Origin: Octopus vulgaris
Taxonomy: Eukaryota
Reading direction: 5' to 3'
DNA length: 64,000 bases
Assembly: GCA_951406725.2 (NCBI GenBank)
Contig: OX597833.1
Span: 2,108,001-2,172,000 of the forward strand
Below the pieces are notes generated by a model, which was not told the origin of the DNA, searched no databases, and saw only the letters and a program-made list of their open reading frames with translations. Shown here in pieces: positions 45,911-57,964 of this stretch. The position numbers were made by a program, and so were the translations under genes. Numbering within the stretch: the first letter of the stretch is position 1; each line of letters starts with the position of its first letter.

Positions 45911-46401
45911 ATACTACAATTATGAATAATTGTATATTAAATTTTGAGATACTAGAAGGCATCATCTCAACTCAGTGTCAGAGCGAGCCAAAGCATTACC
46001 AGTACCACGAAATTCAAAGTGTGAATGAAAGTTTGTGTCACCAGCCCCTTTCCACCCGCGTGTAGCCAAGACAAGATGCTGTGGTCGTTTACTGGGATAA
46101 AATATGGTTATCAGTAACAATACAGGGTGAAATTAATTAATTTGGAATAATTATCAATTACACCAAGTAGATTTCGGCATGTAAAAGCCTCATTCGAGGA
46201 AAATTTAAGTAATACTAAGCAATTAAGGGTTTAGCAACGAATTGCCTCACCACACACCGAATTTAGAAATAGCAGTCAAAGAGTTATAGCTATTCCTTCT
46301 ACTAAAAGGGAGATCTCAGTAAAAACACAGCACTTGAAAGGCAAACACAGACAGGTAAGAGAGAATGAAATGACGGCAATCTATCATACAATTTTAAGTC
46401 A

Positions 46402-46493
46402 CCTACGGACGTACGTTTCGAAATCAAGTTTTAGGAAAGCATTAGAATTAGAAAATTCTACCTTACCCAAACTTCTTTTCTCATCGGCGCAGG
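46402..46493 (-). ncRNA. Second copy of the hammerhead (CCGAUGA core, G-U in stem I)
   Basis: Minus strand: CCUGCG CCGAUGA GAAA..UUUC GAAACGUACGUC CGUAGG. Confidence 0.7.
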
Positions 46494-46819
46494 ATACTAC
46501 AATTATGAATAATTGTATATTAAATTTTGAGATACTAGAAGGCATCATCTCAACTCAGTGTCAGAGCGAGCCAAAGCATTACCAGTACCACGAAATTCAA
46601 AGTGTGAATGAAAGTTTGTGTCAAAGTTTTAGTAGAAGGAATAGCTATAACTCTTTGACTGCTATTTCTAAATTCGGTGTGTGGTGAGGCAATTCGTTGC
46701 TAAACCCTTAATTGCTTAGTATTACTTAAATTTTCCTCGAATGAGACTTTTACATGTCGAAATCTACTTGGTGTAATTGATAATTATTCCAAATTAATTA
46801 ATTTCACCCTGTATTGTTA

Positions 46820-46872
<53 letters not shown>

Positions 46873-46873
46873 G

Positions 46874-46911
<38 letters not shown>

Positions 46912-47175
46912 CTTTATCTGTGGATTTAGGCTACTATTAGTTTCATAAAATCAGCGGTAGTCTTAATTCGCAAATACAGAGATTATATATCCACCTTAAA
47001 CGGTTTGACCACTCTTTTGATCCTTCCGCACACATACACACACACACACGGACGCGCGCGCGCGCACATACATACATATATATAAGTGCAGGGGAGCAAT
47101 TCATTCAACTAAAGCACCTCAAAGCTGTGCCCCAGCATGGCCGTAATCTAAAGACTGAAACAAGTAAAAGATAGA

Positions 47176-47209
<34 letters not shown>

Positions 47210-47237
47210 TTTATTCAAAAGCAGCAGAAAATTCAAC

Positions 47238-47284
47238 AAAACCTGTTACTCTGAGTTTCACGTTCCCGTTCATCGGACAGTTTT
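47238..47284 (-). ncRNA. Hammerhead-like motif, family H4 (CCGAUGA core)
   Basis: AAAACUGU CCGAUGA ACG-GGAA-CGU GAA ACUC-A-GAGU A ACAG-G-UUUU. Confidence 0.55.
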
Positions 47285-47465
47285 TTGCTAATATATAATA
47301 TATAATATAAAGTTACAAATTGAGATTGGGGTTGTAAGTGCAACCCTCCATGGGATAACATATATCCAATATACTGCTAATACATAAATGTTAAGAACTG
47401 CGATGCAGTTAATTCATTTACTGTATTATATGGACAAAGGTAAAATGCTTTACCACAAATAAATA

Positions 47466-47614
47466 ATACAAAATAAGAAGATGGAGAAACTCATCTTAAT
47501 CAATGATCAACTACCAGATAATACCCAGTAGTGGTTTAATAAATTATGCGATTGGGTATTATCTGGTAGTTGATCATTGATTAAGATGTGTTTCTCCATT
47601 TTCTTATTTTGTAT
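47466..47614. repeat. 62-bp-arm inverted repeat in a (TA)n-flanked element (relative at ~13060-13240)
   Basis: Arms 47466-47527 and 47553-47614, two mismatches. Confidence 0.9.
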
Positions 47615-47908
47615 AATATATAATATATATATATTATGCGTGTGTGTATGCGTATGTATGTGTATGCATGCGCACGCGCGCGCACATTCCACATATTCGC
47701 ATAAACAATATATACCCGACAAGCAGACAGGATGGCCGATAACAAAACAATTACGAACCAAACACTACCCAATTATTCATCAAAGCCAATCCCCCCCGCG
47801 AAATAAGAACACATACACATGAAAATACGTACACATCCATTAAACCTCTCGTATATAGATACATACGTACCTACCTACGTACATACATACATACAAATAT
47901 ACATACAT

Positions 47909-48290
47909 AGGCGCAGGAGTGGCTGTGTGGTAAGTAGCTTGCTAACCAACCACATGGTTCCGGGTTCAGTCCCACTGCGTGGCACCTTGGGCAAGTGTCT
48001 TCTGCTATAATGGATTTGGTAGACGGAAACTGAAAGAAGCCTGTCGTATATATGTATATATATATGTATGTGTGTGTTTGTGTGTCTGTGTTTGTCCCCC
48101 TAGCATTGCTTGACAACCGATGCTGGTGTGTTTACGTCCCCGTCACCTAGCGGTTCGGCAAAAGAGAACGATAGAATAAGTACTGGGCTTACAAAAAGAA
48201 TAAGTCCCGGGGTCGATTTGCTCGACTAAAGGCGGTGCTCCAGCATGGCCACAGTCAAATGACTGAAACAAGTAAAAGAGACAGTAAAAA
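47909..48290 (+). mobile_element. SINE family A with small internal deletion
   Basis: Head and tail intact; GCCTCGGGCC..GTGAG segment missing. Confidence 0.88.
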
Positions 48291-48429
48291 GTATACATAC
48301 ATACATACGCACATACATACATACATACATACATACAAACATACATACATACAAACATACATACATACACACATACATACATGCATACATACATCATACA
48401 TACATACATACATACGTACATACATACAT

Positions 48430-48472
<43 letters not shown>

Positions 48473-49170
48473 TACATACAGACATACATACATATATGCT
48501 TGCATACAGGCAAACGTACTTACATACATACGTCAGCCTTTTCGCTTAAAAACAAAATGGAAGCCAAATGGCGTGTTGAGATGCCGGTTTAAGAAGTCTA
48601 TGTAGAGAGATTGGAAGTTAAAGGTAAGGTCAATGCCAGTGAGAAAGGTGACCAATACTTCGCTCTTGCTCTTCCATTCCTGATTCTTTTTGTTCTGTGA
48701 TTTTTTTGTTTACTTCTTCCTGTCTTCCTTCCTTTCCTCCTTTCTTTTGCTTCTCTTGTTAGTAGTCTAGCTACAGCCTGTATGTGCGTACGTATAAACA
48801 TAATATATGTGTGTGTGTGTGTGTCTGTGTGTGAGTGCGTGTGTATGTATGTATTTATATATATACATATACTAATGTACGCGTGTTTCTGTAAGGACGG
48901 ATGTACGTATATATGTGGTTATATGTGTATACGTCTATACATACACACACATACATACATATATGCATACATATATAGATATATAGATAGATACATATAT
49001 ATATATATATATATACAGATATGTATACATATATGTATATATATATATGCATATATATATACATATACATATGTATATATATATATGTATACATATATAT
49101 ATATATATATATGATTATTTATATATGTATATATTGATGTATGTATATATACGTATGTATATATATATAA

Positions 49171-49261
<91 letters not shown>

Positions 49262-49672
49262 ATATATGTTTACCCTTTCGTGTTGACTCTCAGTGAAATG
49301 CCAAGTAGCAGACGATAGATCTCACTGAACTTTTTACCAGAAACAATATCTCACAGAATTAAACAACCACCAACAACAATACGTAGCAATAACGTCAGCA
49401 GTGTGTGTGTATAACGATATGTCTCTGTGTGTTTATACGTTGGCTTCTATATGTGTGCAGACGTGCCTGTGTCGTTCCTTGTACGTGTGTGTGAGAGTGT
49501 GTTTGTGATATACATTTGTGTAAGTGGTTTTTGAACCGGTATTGGCAATATGTACTCTTATGCTTGTAGTGTACAGACGTATGTGTTTACGTACTGTCTA
49601 ATGTGTGTATGTGTGTGGTTTTATGTGTAAGCGATTTTGACAAGTACCAACAATATGTATTATGTTTATAAG

Positions 49673-50436
49673 GGCGGCGAGCTGGCAGAAACGTTAGCAC
49701 GGCCAGCGAAATGCTTAGCGGTATTTCGTCTACCGTTACATTCTGAGTTCAAATTCCGCCGAGGTCGACATCGCCTTTCATCTTTTCGGGGTCGATTAAA
49801 TAAGTACCAGTTACGCACTGCGGTCGATATAATCGACTTAATCCGTTCGTCTGTCCTTGTTTGTCCCCTCTGTGTTTAGCCCCTTGTGGGTAGTAAAGAA
49901 ATAGGTATTTCACTCGTCGTTACGTTCTGAGTTCAAATTCCGCCGAGGTCAACATCGCCTTTCATCCTTTCGGGGGCGATTAAATAAGTACCAGTTACGC
50001 ACTTGGGTTGATATAATCGACTTAATCCATTTGTCTGTCCTTGTTTGTCCCCTCTATGTTTAGCCCCTTGTGGGTAGTAAAGAAATAGGTATTTCGTCTG
50101 CTGTTACGTTCTGAGTTCAAATTCTGCCGAGGTCGACTTTGCCTTTCATCCTTTCAGGGTCGATTAAATGAGTACCAGTTACGCACTGGAGTCGATATAA
50201 TCGACTTAATCCGTTTGTCTGTCCTTGTTTGTCCTCTCTGTGTTTAGCCCCTTGTGGGTAGTAAAGAAATAGGTATTTCGTCTGTCTTATCGTTCTGAGT
50301 TCAAATTCTGCCGAGGTCAACTTTGCTTTTCATCCGTTTGGGGTCGATAAATTAAGTACCAGTAGCGTACTGGGATCGATCTAATTGACTTGTCCCCTTC
50401 CTACAAATTTCGGGCCTTGTGCCAAGAGTAGAAAAG
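49673..50436 (+). mobile_element. SINE family B tandem array (4 units, 184-bp period)
   Basis: Junction GG at 49904, 50088 and 50272; the last unit has the alternative tail ..AAATTTCGGGCCTTGTGCC..AGTAGAAAAG. Confidence 0.9.
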
Positions 50437-50481
50437 AATTCTGCGTTATGTTTGTAATTTGTGTGTGTGTGTGTGTATACA

Positions 50482-50699
50482 CGGCAATCCCTCACCATAT
50501 CGCGGTCCAACAATCGCGGTTTATTATTTAAGCTTAGGTCGATTCCACCGTGGTGTTGTTTGGCTGTTGTAATAAAATAAATTGTATATATCAATGAATA
50601 TATACAATTTATAAAAAAAATATCGCAGGGGTTTTTGGAACGTAACACCCGCGATAGTCGGGGGATTACTGTAAGCACGCGATATCCGAGGGATTACTG
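50482..50699. mobile_element. Tigger-like MITE with duplicated right TIR
   Basis: CGGCAATCCCTCACCATATCGCGG .. CCGCGATAGTCGGGGGATTACTG|TA, then CGCGATATCCGAGGGATTACTG. Confidence 0.7.
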
Positions 50700-50734
50700 C
50701 GTGAGTGTGTCTGCATGTAAGTGATACTCTCTTT

Positions 50735-51134
50735 TTCTCTTTTACTCTTTTACTTGTTTCAGTCATTTGACTGCGGCCATGCTATGAGCACCACTTTTAG
50801 TCGAACAAATCAACCCCAGGGACTTATTCTTTGTAAGCCCAGTACTTATTCTATCGGTCTCTTTTGCCGAACCGCTAAGTGACGGGGACATAAACACACC
50901 AGCATCGGTTGTCAAGCAATGCTAGGGGGACAAACACAGACACACAAACACACACACATATATACATATATACGACAGGCTTCTTTCAGTTTCCGTCTAC
51001 CAAATCCACTCACAAGGTATTGGTCGGCCCGGGTCTATAGCAGAAGACACTTGCCCAAGATGCCACGCAGTGGACTGAACCCGGAACCATGTGGTTGGTT
51101 AGCAAGCTACTTACCACACAGCCACTCCTGCGCC
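50735..51134 (-). mobile_element. SINE family A, full length
   Basis: Reverse complement head and tail. Confidence 0.9.
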
Positions 51135-51366
51135 TATGTGTATTTTTGTCTAAGATCTTAACAAATAACTGTAATATATTGTATATGTTTGTAGAATATA
51201 TTTATAAATCTTGCATGTGTTAGCAAGTACCTCCTTGTGACAGTGAAAACTTTCGGTTAATCAAGATATCCTTGGCCAGAAGAGTAGCCAGCGGTATACA
51301 CCTCGCTTGGATATTTAGTACTTCTGAGGTTCCGATCGCTAGGAAACATAGTCCGATTCTTATATA

Positions 51367-51675
51367 TCTTTATATATAAAACTTAAGTTGTGTGTGTGAG
51401 AGTCTGTCTACTCCGATTTAGATTCCTAACTACTCCCACATTTTGCGGCGCAGTTTAACCAACAGCGGGTATCTAATAGTCGCAATTCATATCGAGCCCT
51501 TCTGGGTATTAGCGCGCGTCTACGATGGGTCTACGATTTAAAAAATAATTTACCATCATTTTTTCGTTTTTTTAATGCATTTTCTACTCGGTTTTATATA
51601 AGGCAAGTAACACTCTAAAAATGCTTATATAGTTATTTCCCTTACAAACCTGAGCAACGCCGGGCGATACTGCTA

Positions 51676-51676
<1 letters not shown>
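51367..51676 (+). mobile_element. Non-autonomous Helitron
   Basis: A|TCTTTATATATAAAA 5' end, subterminal hairpin CCTGAGCAACGCCGGG, CTAG|T 3' end, no TSD. Confidence 0.8.
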
Positions 51677-51752
<76 letters not shown>

Positions 51753-51950
51753 GTTGAAATTTATAGAAAAGCTAATGACGAAGACAAGACAGGTGCATGA
51801 ACAACAAGCGTGTTAGTTTGACACTCGGCAAAAATAATAAAGTCTTTTACGTTTCGCGCCTAGGCTCTTCAACGGAAAGAATTAAGAGGAAATAAAGAGA
51901 GAGCCTGAAAAAAAGCTTGTAGATTTCAGAGTTCCAGCATGGTGAATGAC

Positions 51951-51984
<34 letters not shown>

Positions 51985-52002
51985 GTCAAATGACTGAAAC
52001 AA

Positions 52003-52053
<51 letters not shown>

Positions 52054-52054
<1 letters not shown>

Positions 52055-52246
52055 TTGTTTCAGTCATTTGACTGCGGCCATGCTGGAGCACCGCCTTTAG
52101 TCGAGCAAATCGACCTCGGGACTTATTCTTTGTAAGCCCAGTACTTATTCTATCGGTCTCTTTTGCCGAACCGCTAAGTGACGGGGACGTAAACACACCA
52201 GCATCGGTTGTCAAGCAATGCTAGGGGGACAAACACAGACACACAA

Positions 52247-52281
<35 letters not shown>

Positions 52282-52444
52282 CATATATACGACAGGCTTC
52301 TTTCAGTTTCCGTCTACCAAATCCACTCACAAGGCATTGGTCTGCCCGGGGCTATAGCAGAAGACACTTGCCCAAGATGCCACGCAGTGGGACTGAACCC
52401 GGAACCATGTGGTTGGTTAGCAAGCTACTTACCACACAGCCACT

Positions 52445-52447
<3 letters not shown>
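52054..52447 (-). mobile_element. SINE family A in (TA)n
   Basis: Reverse complement head and tail. Confidence 0.9.
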
Positions 52448-52536
<89 letters not shown>

Positions 52537-52790
52537 CAAAATAAGCAAGAAAGGTATCCAGAAGTATTGATGTAATGATTGCATTGTTCAATTAAATGGA
52601 GTTGCATGTAACGATTTATACTGCATTACCTCTGGATATCCTTGTTGCTTATTTTGACTTTAATCACCTTATTTTGAAATTCTATGGATGATACCGTATG
52701 GATATTGTATGGATAATTCTGGTGCCTCAACTAAAGTACCATATTCATCTGAATCTCTGTCTCTCCCTCTCTCTCTCTCTCCCTCCCTTT

Positions 52791-52882
<92 letters not shown>

Positions 52883-52909
52883 GTATATATGTATGTATAT
52901 ATATATATA

Positions 52910-53258
52910 TAAACTTAGATAAACTTAGATATGTTTCGACCAAAGATTGGTCCAGGCCATGTCTAACTTAATAGCACCACCTGATAGGATTATTTGAATC
53001 CTGTTTAAGTCAAGTTTTGTTTATGGTCCATTCAAGTAGTGAGTTTTTGTTGGGTGAGTTGTATCCATTTATGGGTGGCTTATCTGGTATTCCTTGAAGG
53101 AATCTATCCAGACTCCGTTTAAAGTTGATGGGATCCTTTTCCTCTTTGATCTCTTTCGGGACAATGTTAAATATGGCAGGACCTGTTGAGGAAAAGAAAT
53201 TATGTTGCAGTGTACATGTATGCTGTGATTTTGAATTGGGCAGGGGACGTATGACACA
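52910..53258 (-). mobile_element. 5'-truncated CR1/L2-group LINE with short tandem tail
   Basis: HNFFSSTGPAIFNIVPKEIKEEKDPINFKRSLDRFLQGIPDKPPINGYNSPNKNSLLEW* (a frame not in the ORF track); tail (ATCTAAGTTT)2. Confidence 0.8.
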
Positions 53259-53289
53259 TATTTATATATATATATATATATATTGCGAG

Positions 53290-53540
<251 letters not shown>

Positions 53541-53924
53541 GGTAGGGAAGACTTACTGACTCATTAGTTTATTGATACTTTATTGGAAATCTAAATGTTG
53601 GTGTGGATCACAAATTGATCAGAAATAATCAATAATGCTCGATCGGGAATTCAGTTTTGTCTCTTTGGATTAAGCGTAACAAATACCGTTAGGCCTCGAC
53701 TTTGTTTTTCATACTTCTGAGATCGATAAAATCTGTTACGTTGGTATAATAAAATTAAGCAACGACCTGGCAGAAATCGTTAGCGATGCCGGACAAAATG
53801 TTTCGGGGGTGGTGGTCTTTTTCCAATTACTATTGTTGTTTTTATTCGTGTTGCTGTTGCGGTCGTTTTGCGCTCAATCCTTTGTTCTGTTTGTTCAGAT
53901 TCCTCTCTTTCTCTCTCTTTTCTC

Positions 53925-54327
53925 TCTTTTACTTGTTTCAGTCATTTTGACTGCGGCCATGCTGGAGCACCGCTTTTAGTCGAGCAGATCGACCCCGGGA
54001 CTTATTCTTTTTGTAAGCCCAGTACTTATTCTATCGGTCTCTTTTGCCGAACCGCTAAGTAACGGGGACATAAACACACCAGCATCGGTTGTCAAGCAAT
54101 GCTAGGGGGACAAACACAGACACACAAACATATACACACACATACATATATAAATATATACATATATACGACAGGCTTCTTTCAGTTTCCGTCTACCAAA
54201 TCCACTCACAAGGCATTGGCCGGCCCGGGGCTATAGCAGAAGACACTTGCCCAAGATGCAACGCAGTGGGACTGAACCCGGTACCATGTGGTTGGTAAGC
54301 AACCTACTTACCACACAGCCACTCCTG
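53925..54327 (-). mobile_element. SINE family A, full length
   Basis: Reverse complement head and tail. Confidence 0.9.
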
Positions 54328-54841
54328 CTTCCACCGAATTTTCGTGAATATTTCTTCCGAATTCTTCATGTTCTGAGTTCAAATGTTGCCGTGGATGACA
54401 ACGCCATTTATGCTTTCGAAATCGAAAATCTATAAAGTACCAATGGAATTTTAGGGACGACATAACTGACTTGCCCCTCCCTTCAAAATAGCCCTACCGA
54501 AGCCACAATTATAAAGTAATGATCACTAGAGTACTAAAACCAGTGAACTCTTAAAACGGTAGATGGTGTCTCAAAAACAAGTTCGACGAAATTTTAGAGG
54601 CTGGACGCTCCTCTATACAATTAATTACAGCATAATTAAATCGAAACGTGCTATGAAGATAAACGATGGATCATTTTATTACTATTAATAGATTCACTTT
54701 CTGTAATTGAAAGAATAGAAGATTTCCTGTTGGGTTTTCGGATAAATTCGTACGATTCCTTTAATTTAGAGTAACCGTGTCCTATGTTATTTCGAATAAC
54801 ACGAAGAAATATTTTATCGTTGTTTTTTTTCTCGTCTTTCT

Positions 54842-54897
<56 letters not shown>

Positions 54898-55011
54898 GTG
54901 GCTGTTCTTCTCATACAACTTTTGTTTATCGCTTTTGAAATTTGAATAAATTTTACCTCGTCTGAAATGCATGACGATGAATGTCAACTAGCCAGGATAG
55001 ATAAATAGTTA

Positions 55012-55582
55012 TTTATTTATTACCCACAGGAGACAGACAAAGGGATTAAGTCGATTACAACGACCCCAGTACGTATATGGTACTTATTTAATCGACCTCG
55101 AAAGGATGAAAGGCAAAGTCGACCTCAGCAAAATTTGAACGCAGAACGTTGCGGCAGACGGAATACCTATTTCATAACTACCCACAAGGGGCTAAACACA
55201 GAGGAACCAAACAAGGACAGTCAATTGGATTAAGTCGATTATATCGACCCCAGTGCATAACTGGTACTTAATTTATCGACCCCGAAAGGATGAAAGGCAA
55301 AGTCGACCTCGGTGGAATTTGAACTCAGAACGTAGCGGCAGACGAAATACCTATTTCTTTATTACCCACAAGGGGCTAAACACAGAGGGGACAAACAAGG
55401 ACAGACATAGGTATTAAGTCGATTACATCGACCCCAGTGCGTAACTGGTACTTAATTTATCGACCCCGAAAGGATGAAAGGCAAAGTCGTCCTCGGTGGA
55501 ATTTGAACTCACAACGTAGCGGCAGACGAAATACCGCTAAGCATTTCGCTGACCATGCTAGCGTTTCTGCCAGCTCGCCGCC
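55012..55582 (-). mobile_element. SINE family B tandem array (3 units)
   Basis: GAAATACCTATTTC-type junctions; head ends CAGCTCGCCGCC. Confidence 0.9.
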
Positions 55583-55885
55583 TTAGACCAGATAAATATT
55601 ATACTCGTAGTCAGAGATGGTCATCTTTCGCCACTTATTATTGTTTTTGTTATTCGCGTTGTTGTAGTCTTTGCGCTCATGTTGTTATATTTATTCGGAT
55701 TCCATCGAATATTCGTAAATATTTTTTTCCATTTCAGACAAGGAACGTATTATATTTCTTTCTTTCTATACAACGAACTTTGGTGACAGTTGGAGTATCG
55801 ATCGATCGCTCTCCTGGGTCGATTGTTGTTTCCACATAAAAACAAACGGATTCATTTGATAATCCACTATTTTGTTTATTGGTAA

Positions 55886-56273
55886 CTAGCAGTATCGCCC
55901 GGCGTTGCTCAGGTTTGTAAGGGAAATAACTATAAAGCATCTTTAGAGAGTTATAGCCAAAAAATAGCAAAAAAATGGAAAAAAAAATGATCGTAAATTT
56001 TTTTTTGAGAGTAAAAAAAGGTTGAGTTGCGTCCCCTAGACAGTCTGTGGTTTGTTTTTTTTTATTCTCGACCCCATGTCGAATTTATCGATTTTTTTCA
56101 GAACTGGGGGAACTTTTCAAAATTTTCGCTGCGTTAGTTTTGAATTATGACATTGGGCTATGTGTGTGTCAAGTTTCATCAGAATCGGTTGAAAGCCGTG
56201 GTCAGGGTGAGGGTACAAGCAAACAGACACACAGAAACACGCACAGACAAACTGCCGTTTATATATAGAGAGA
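55886..56273 (-). mobile_element. Non-autonomous Helitron sharing only its 3' end with 51367-51676
   Basis: Minus strand A|TCTCTCTATATATAAAC .. CCTTACAAACCTGAGCAACGCCGGGCGATACTGCTAG|T. Confidence 0.8.
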
Positions 56274-56599
56274 TATTATTAAAGTTAGCCACATGAAGAA
56301 GTCAATTTTAAAATCTCCAACGGCTATAAATTTTAGCAAGATGCAGAAAACTTGGGGAAAAATTTGCATATTTATTGATACAAGACTTTGGGGGCTTTGT
56401 GTTAATGGTCGAAATTTATTTAAATATTTTCGTTGATTGTCTTTTGGTCTTTTTCTTTTTCTTTTCTACTTTAGTTTTCTTGTTAGAGCTTGTGGCGGTC
56501 AAATCCACTCCTAATCTGATTAACACGGCCTATGATTTGTTTTTCGCGTTTTTATCACTCATTTCTCTTTTACTGACAGTGTATCTAAAACTACATTCC

Positions 56600-57591
56600 C
56601 CCATCTATCCTTTCCATTTTGGGGTTAGTTGAGTATGTTTTAGGTATGAGATTCATGTGTTACTCCTCGCATATCGTCACTGAATTTGATGGCATATAAG
56701 AAGCCTTAATTTTCCGGAATATCTCAAAAAATTACCTCGAATTATATATGTGTAGCTGGACCAATATTGCATTGTTTAATGCTTTAAAAAGGTTTTCTCT
56801 TAAATATGTGCTGCTGAAAGTGGCATGATTCATAGATGGCGCGTATTTTTCTTTCTACATATGTTGTTTCCCTCAGTTAATATAGTTAACGCGTGTTACG
56901 ATATCTTACCTGTTGGGACTACACCTGTAACTCACTTTGAAGCAGTTCCTGTTGAATAATTTTCCTTGGCTGAGAGAAATTAAGAACTGCTTTTCCTTTA
57001 GCTCCAAGAAATTTTCGGGAACGTTTGATATTACATCAAGAAATAAGGACATAAAAACCAGATAAAGCCATTATATTGTTACAAGCAAAGAGACTGTAAA
57101 AATATGTAGATTTCTCATCTTATCCACTAATTTCTAAAGAATTATTTTAATAAGCTGTTACATAATGAAATCTTACTTTGTTTTAAATTTCCCTCCTAAT
57201 GTAACAGATTAAATTCCTTTAAACCAAGAATGGGTGAGAATCAAAACAAGAGTCCATATGAATATAAGTTAGTTTTTATATTTTCTAGAATTTGACTTAA
57301 AACTAACCACAATTATTAATTTATAATACTTAGTTATTTTGTTATTTATTTAGTTAGTAAGATAAAATACTATGAGTAATTAGCGTGGTAATTTTCAAGC
57401 CAAAAAATTGTGATATGCAAAATAGGTCATTGGTAAATATATCCGTATTAAGTCCGCTGGCATGCTGAGAAACACACAACCTCACCTTTATATAAGAAGC
57501 CGGTATTTGATGTAGCATATCATAAAACATACATACAAACATAATTACATCACACGCGCGTGCACAGACAATAGTTCACACATACACACAT

Positions 57592-57659
<68 letters not shown>

Positions 57660-57928
57660 TATATAAATAAATTAAATTAGAGATAAAATCACTATTAGGC
57701 AAATCAAACAGTGAAAAACATAAACCAAAACGTTAAAATAAAAATAATTAATATAATATAGAAAATATATAAAAAATCTAAAATTTAAGTTATTTAAATT
57801 TAAAATTATTAATTTATATTTATAAATTTTTATATTTTTAAAAATATTTTTTAAAATTTAAATTAGTAAATTTTTATATTTTTAAACTTTTTTTAAATTT
57901 AAATATATATAACTATCAAAAAAAAAAA

Positions 57929-57964
<36 letters not shown>

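Larger units (their letters stand above)
45650..46825 (-). mobile_element. Non-coding Penelope-like/retrozyme-like element H1: 583-bp partial tandem plus 199-bp inverted segment, in (TA)n
   Basis: 45650-46040 is repeated at 46233-46623; 46109-46307 is inverted at 46627-46825; each direct repeat holds a hammerhead. Confidence 0.85.

Noticed and set aside
46334-46687. 117-aa ORF inside element H1
   Set aside because: It crosses the inversion junction, has a stop in the other repeat copy (TAA near 45859) and shows no domain similarity.
49673-50436. 184-bp arrays as CRISPR or hammerhead retrozyme
   Set aside because: No unique spacers, eukaryotic context, and no CUGANGA/GAAA core found on either strand.
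55738-55839. Candidate exon 2 after TTTTTTTCCATTTCAG (TRNVLYFFLSIQRTL...)
   Set aside because: The QRTL resemblance to sGC alpha is too short, there is no convincing donor, and the frame ends in a stop.
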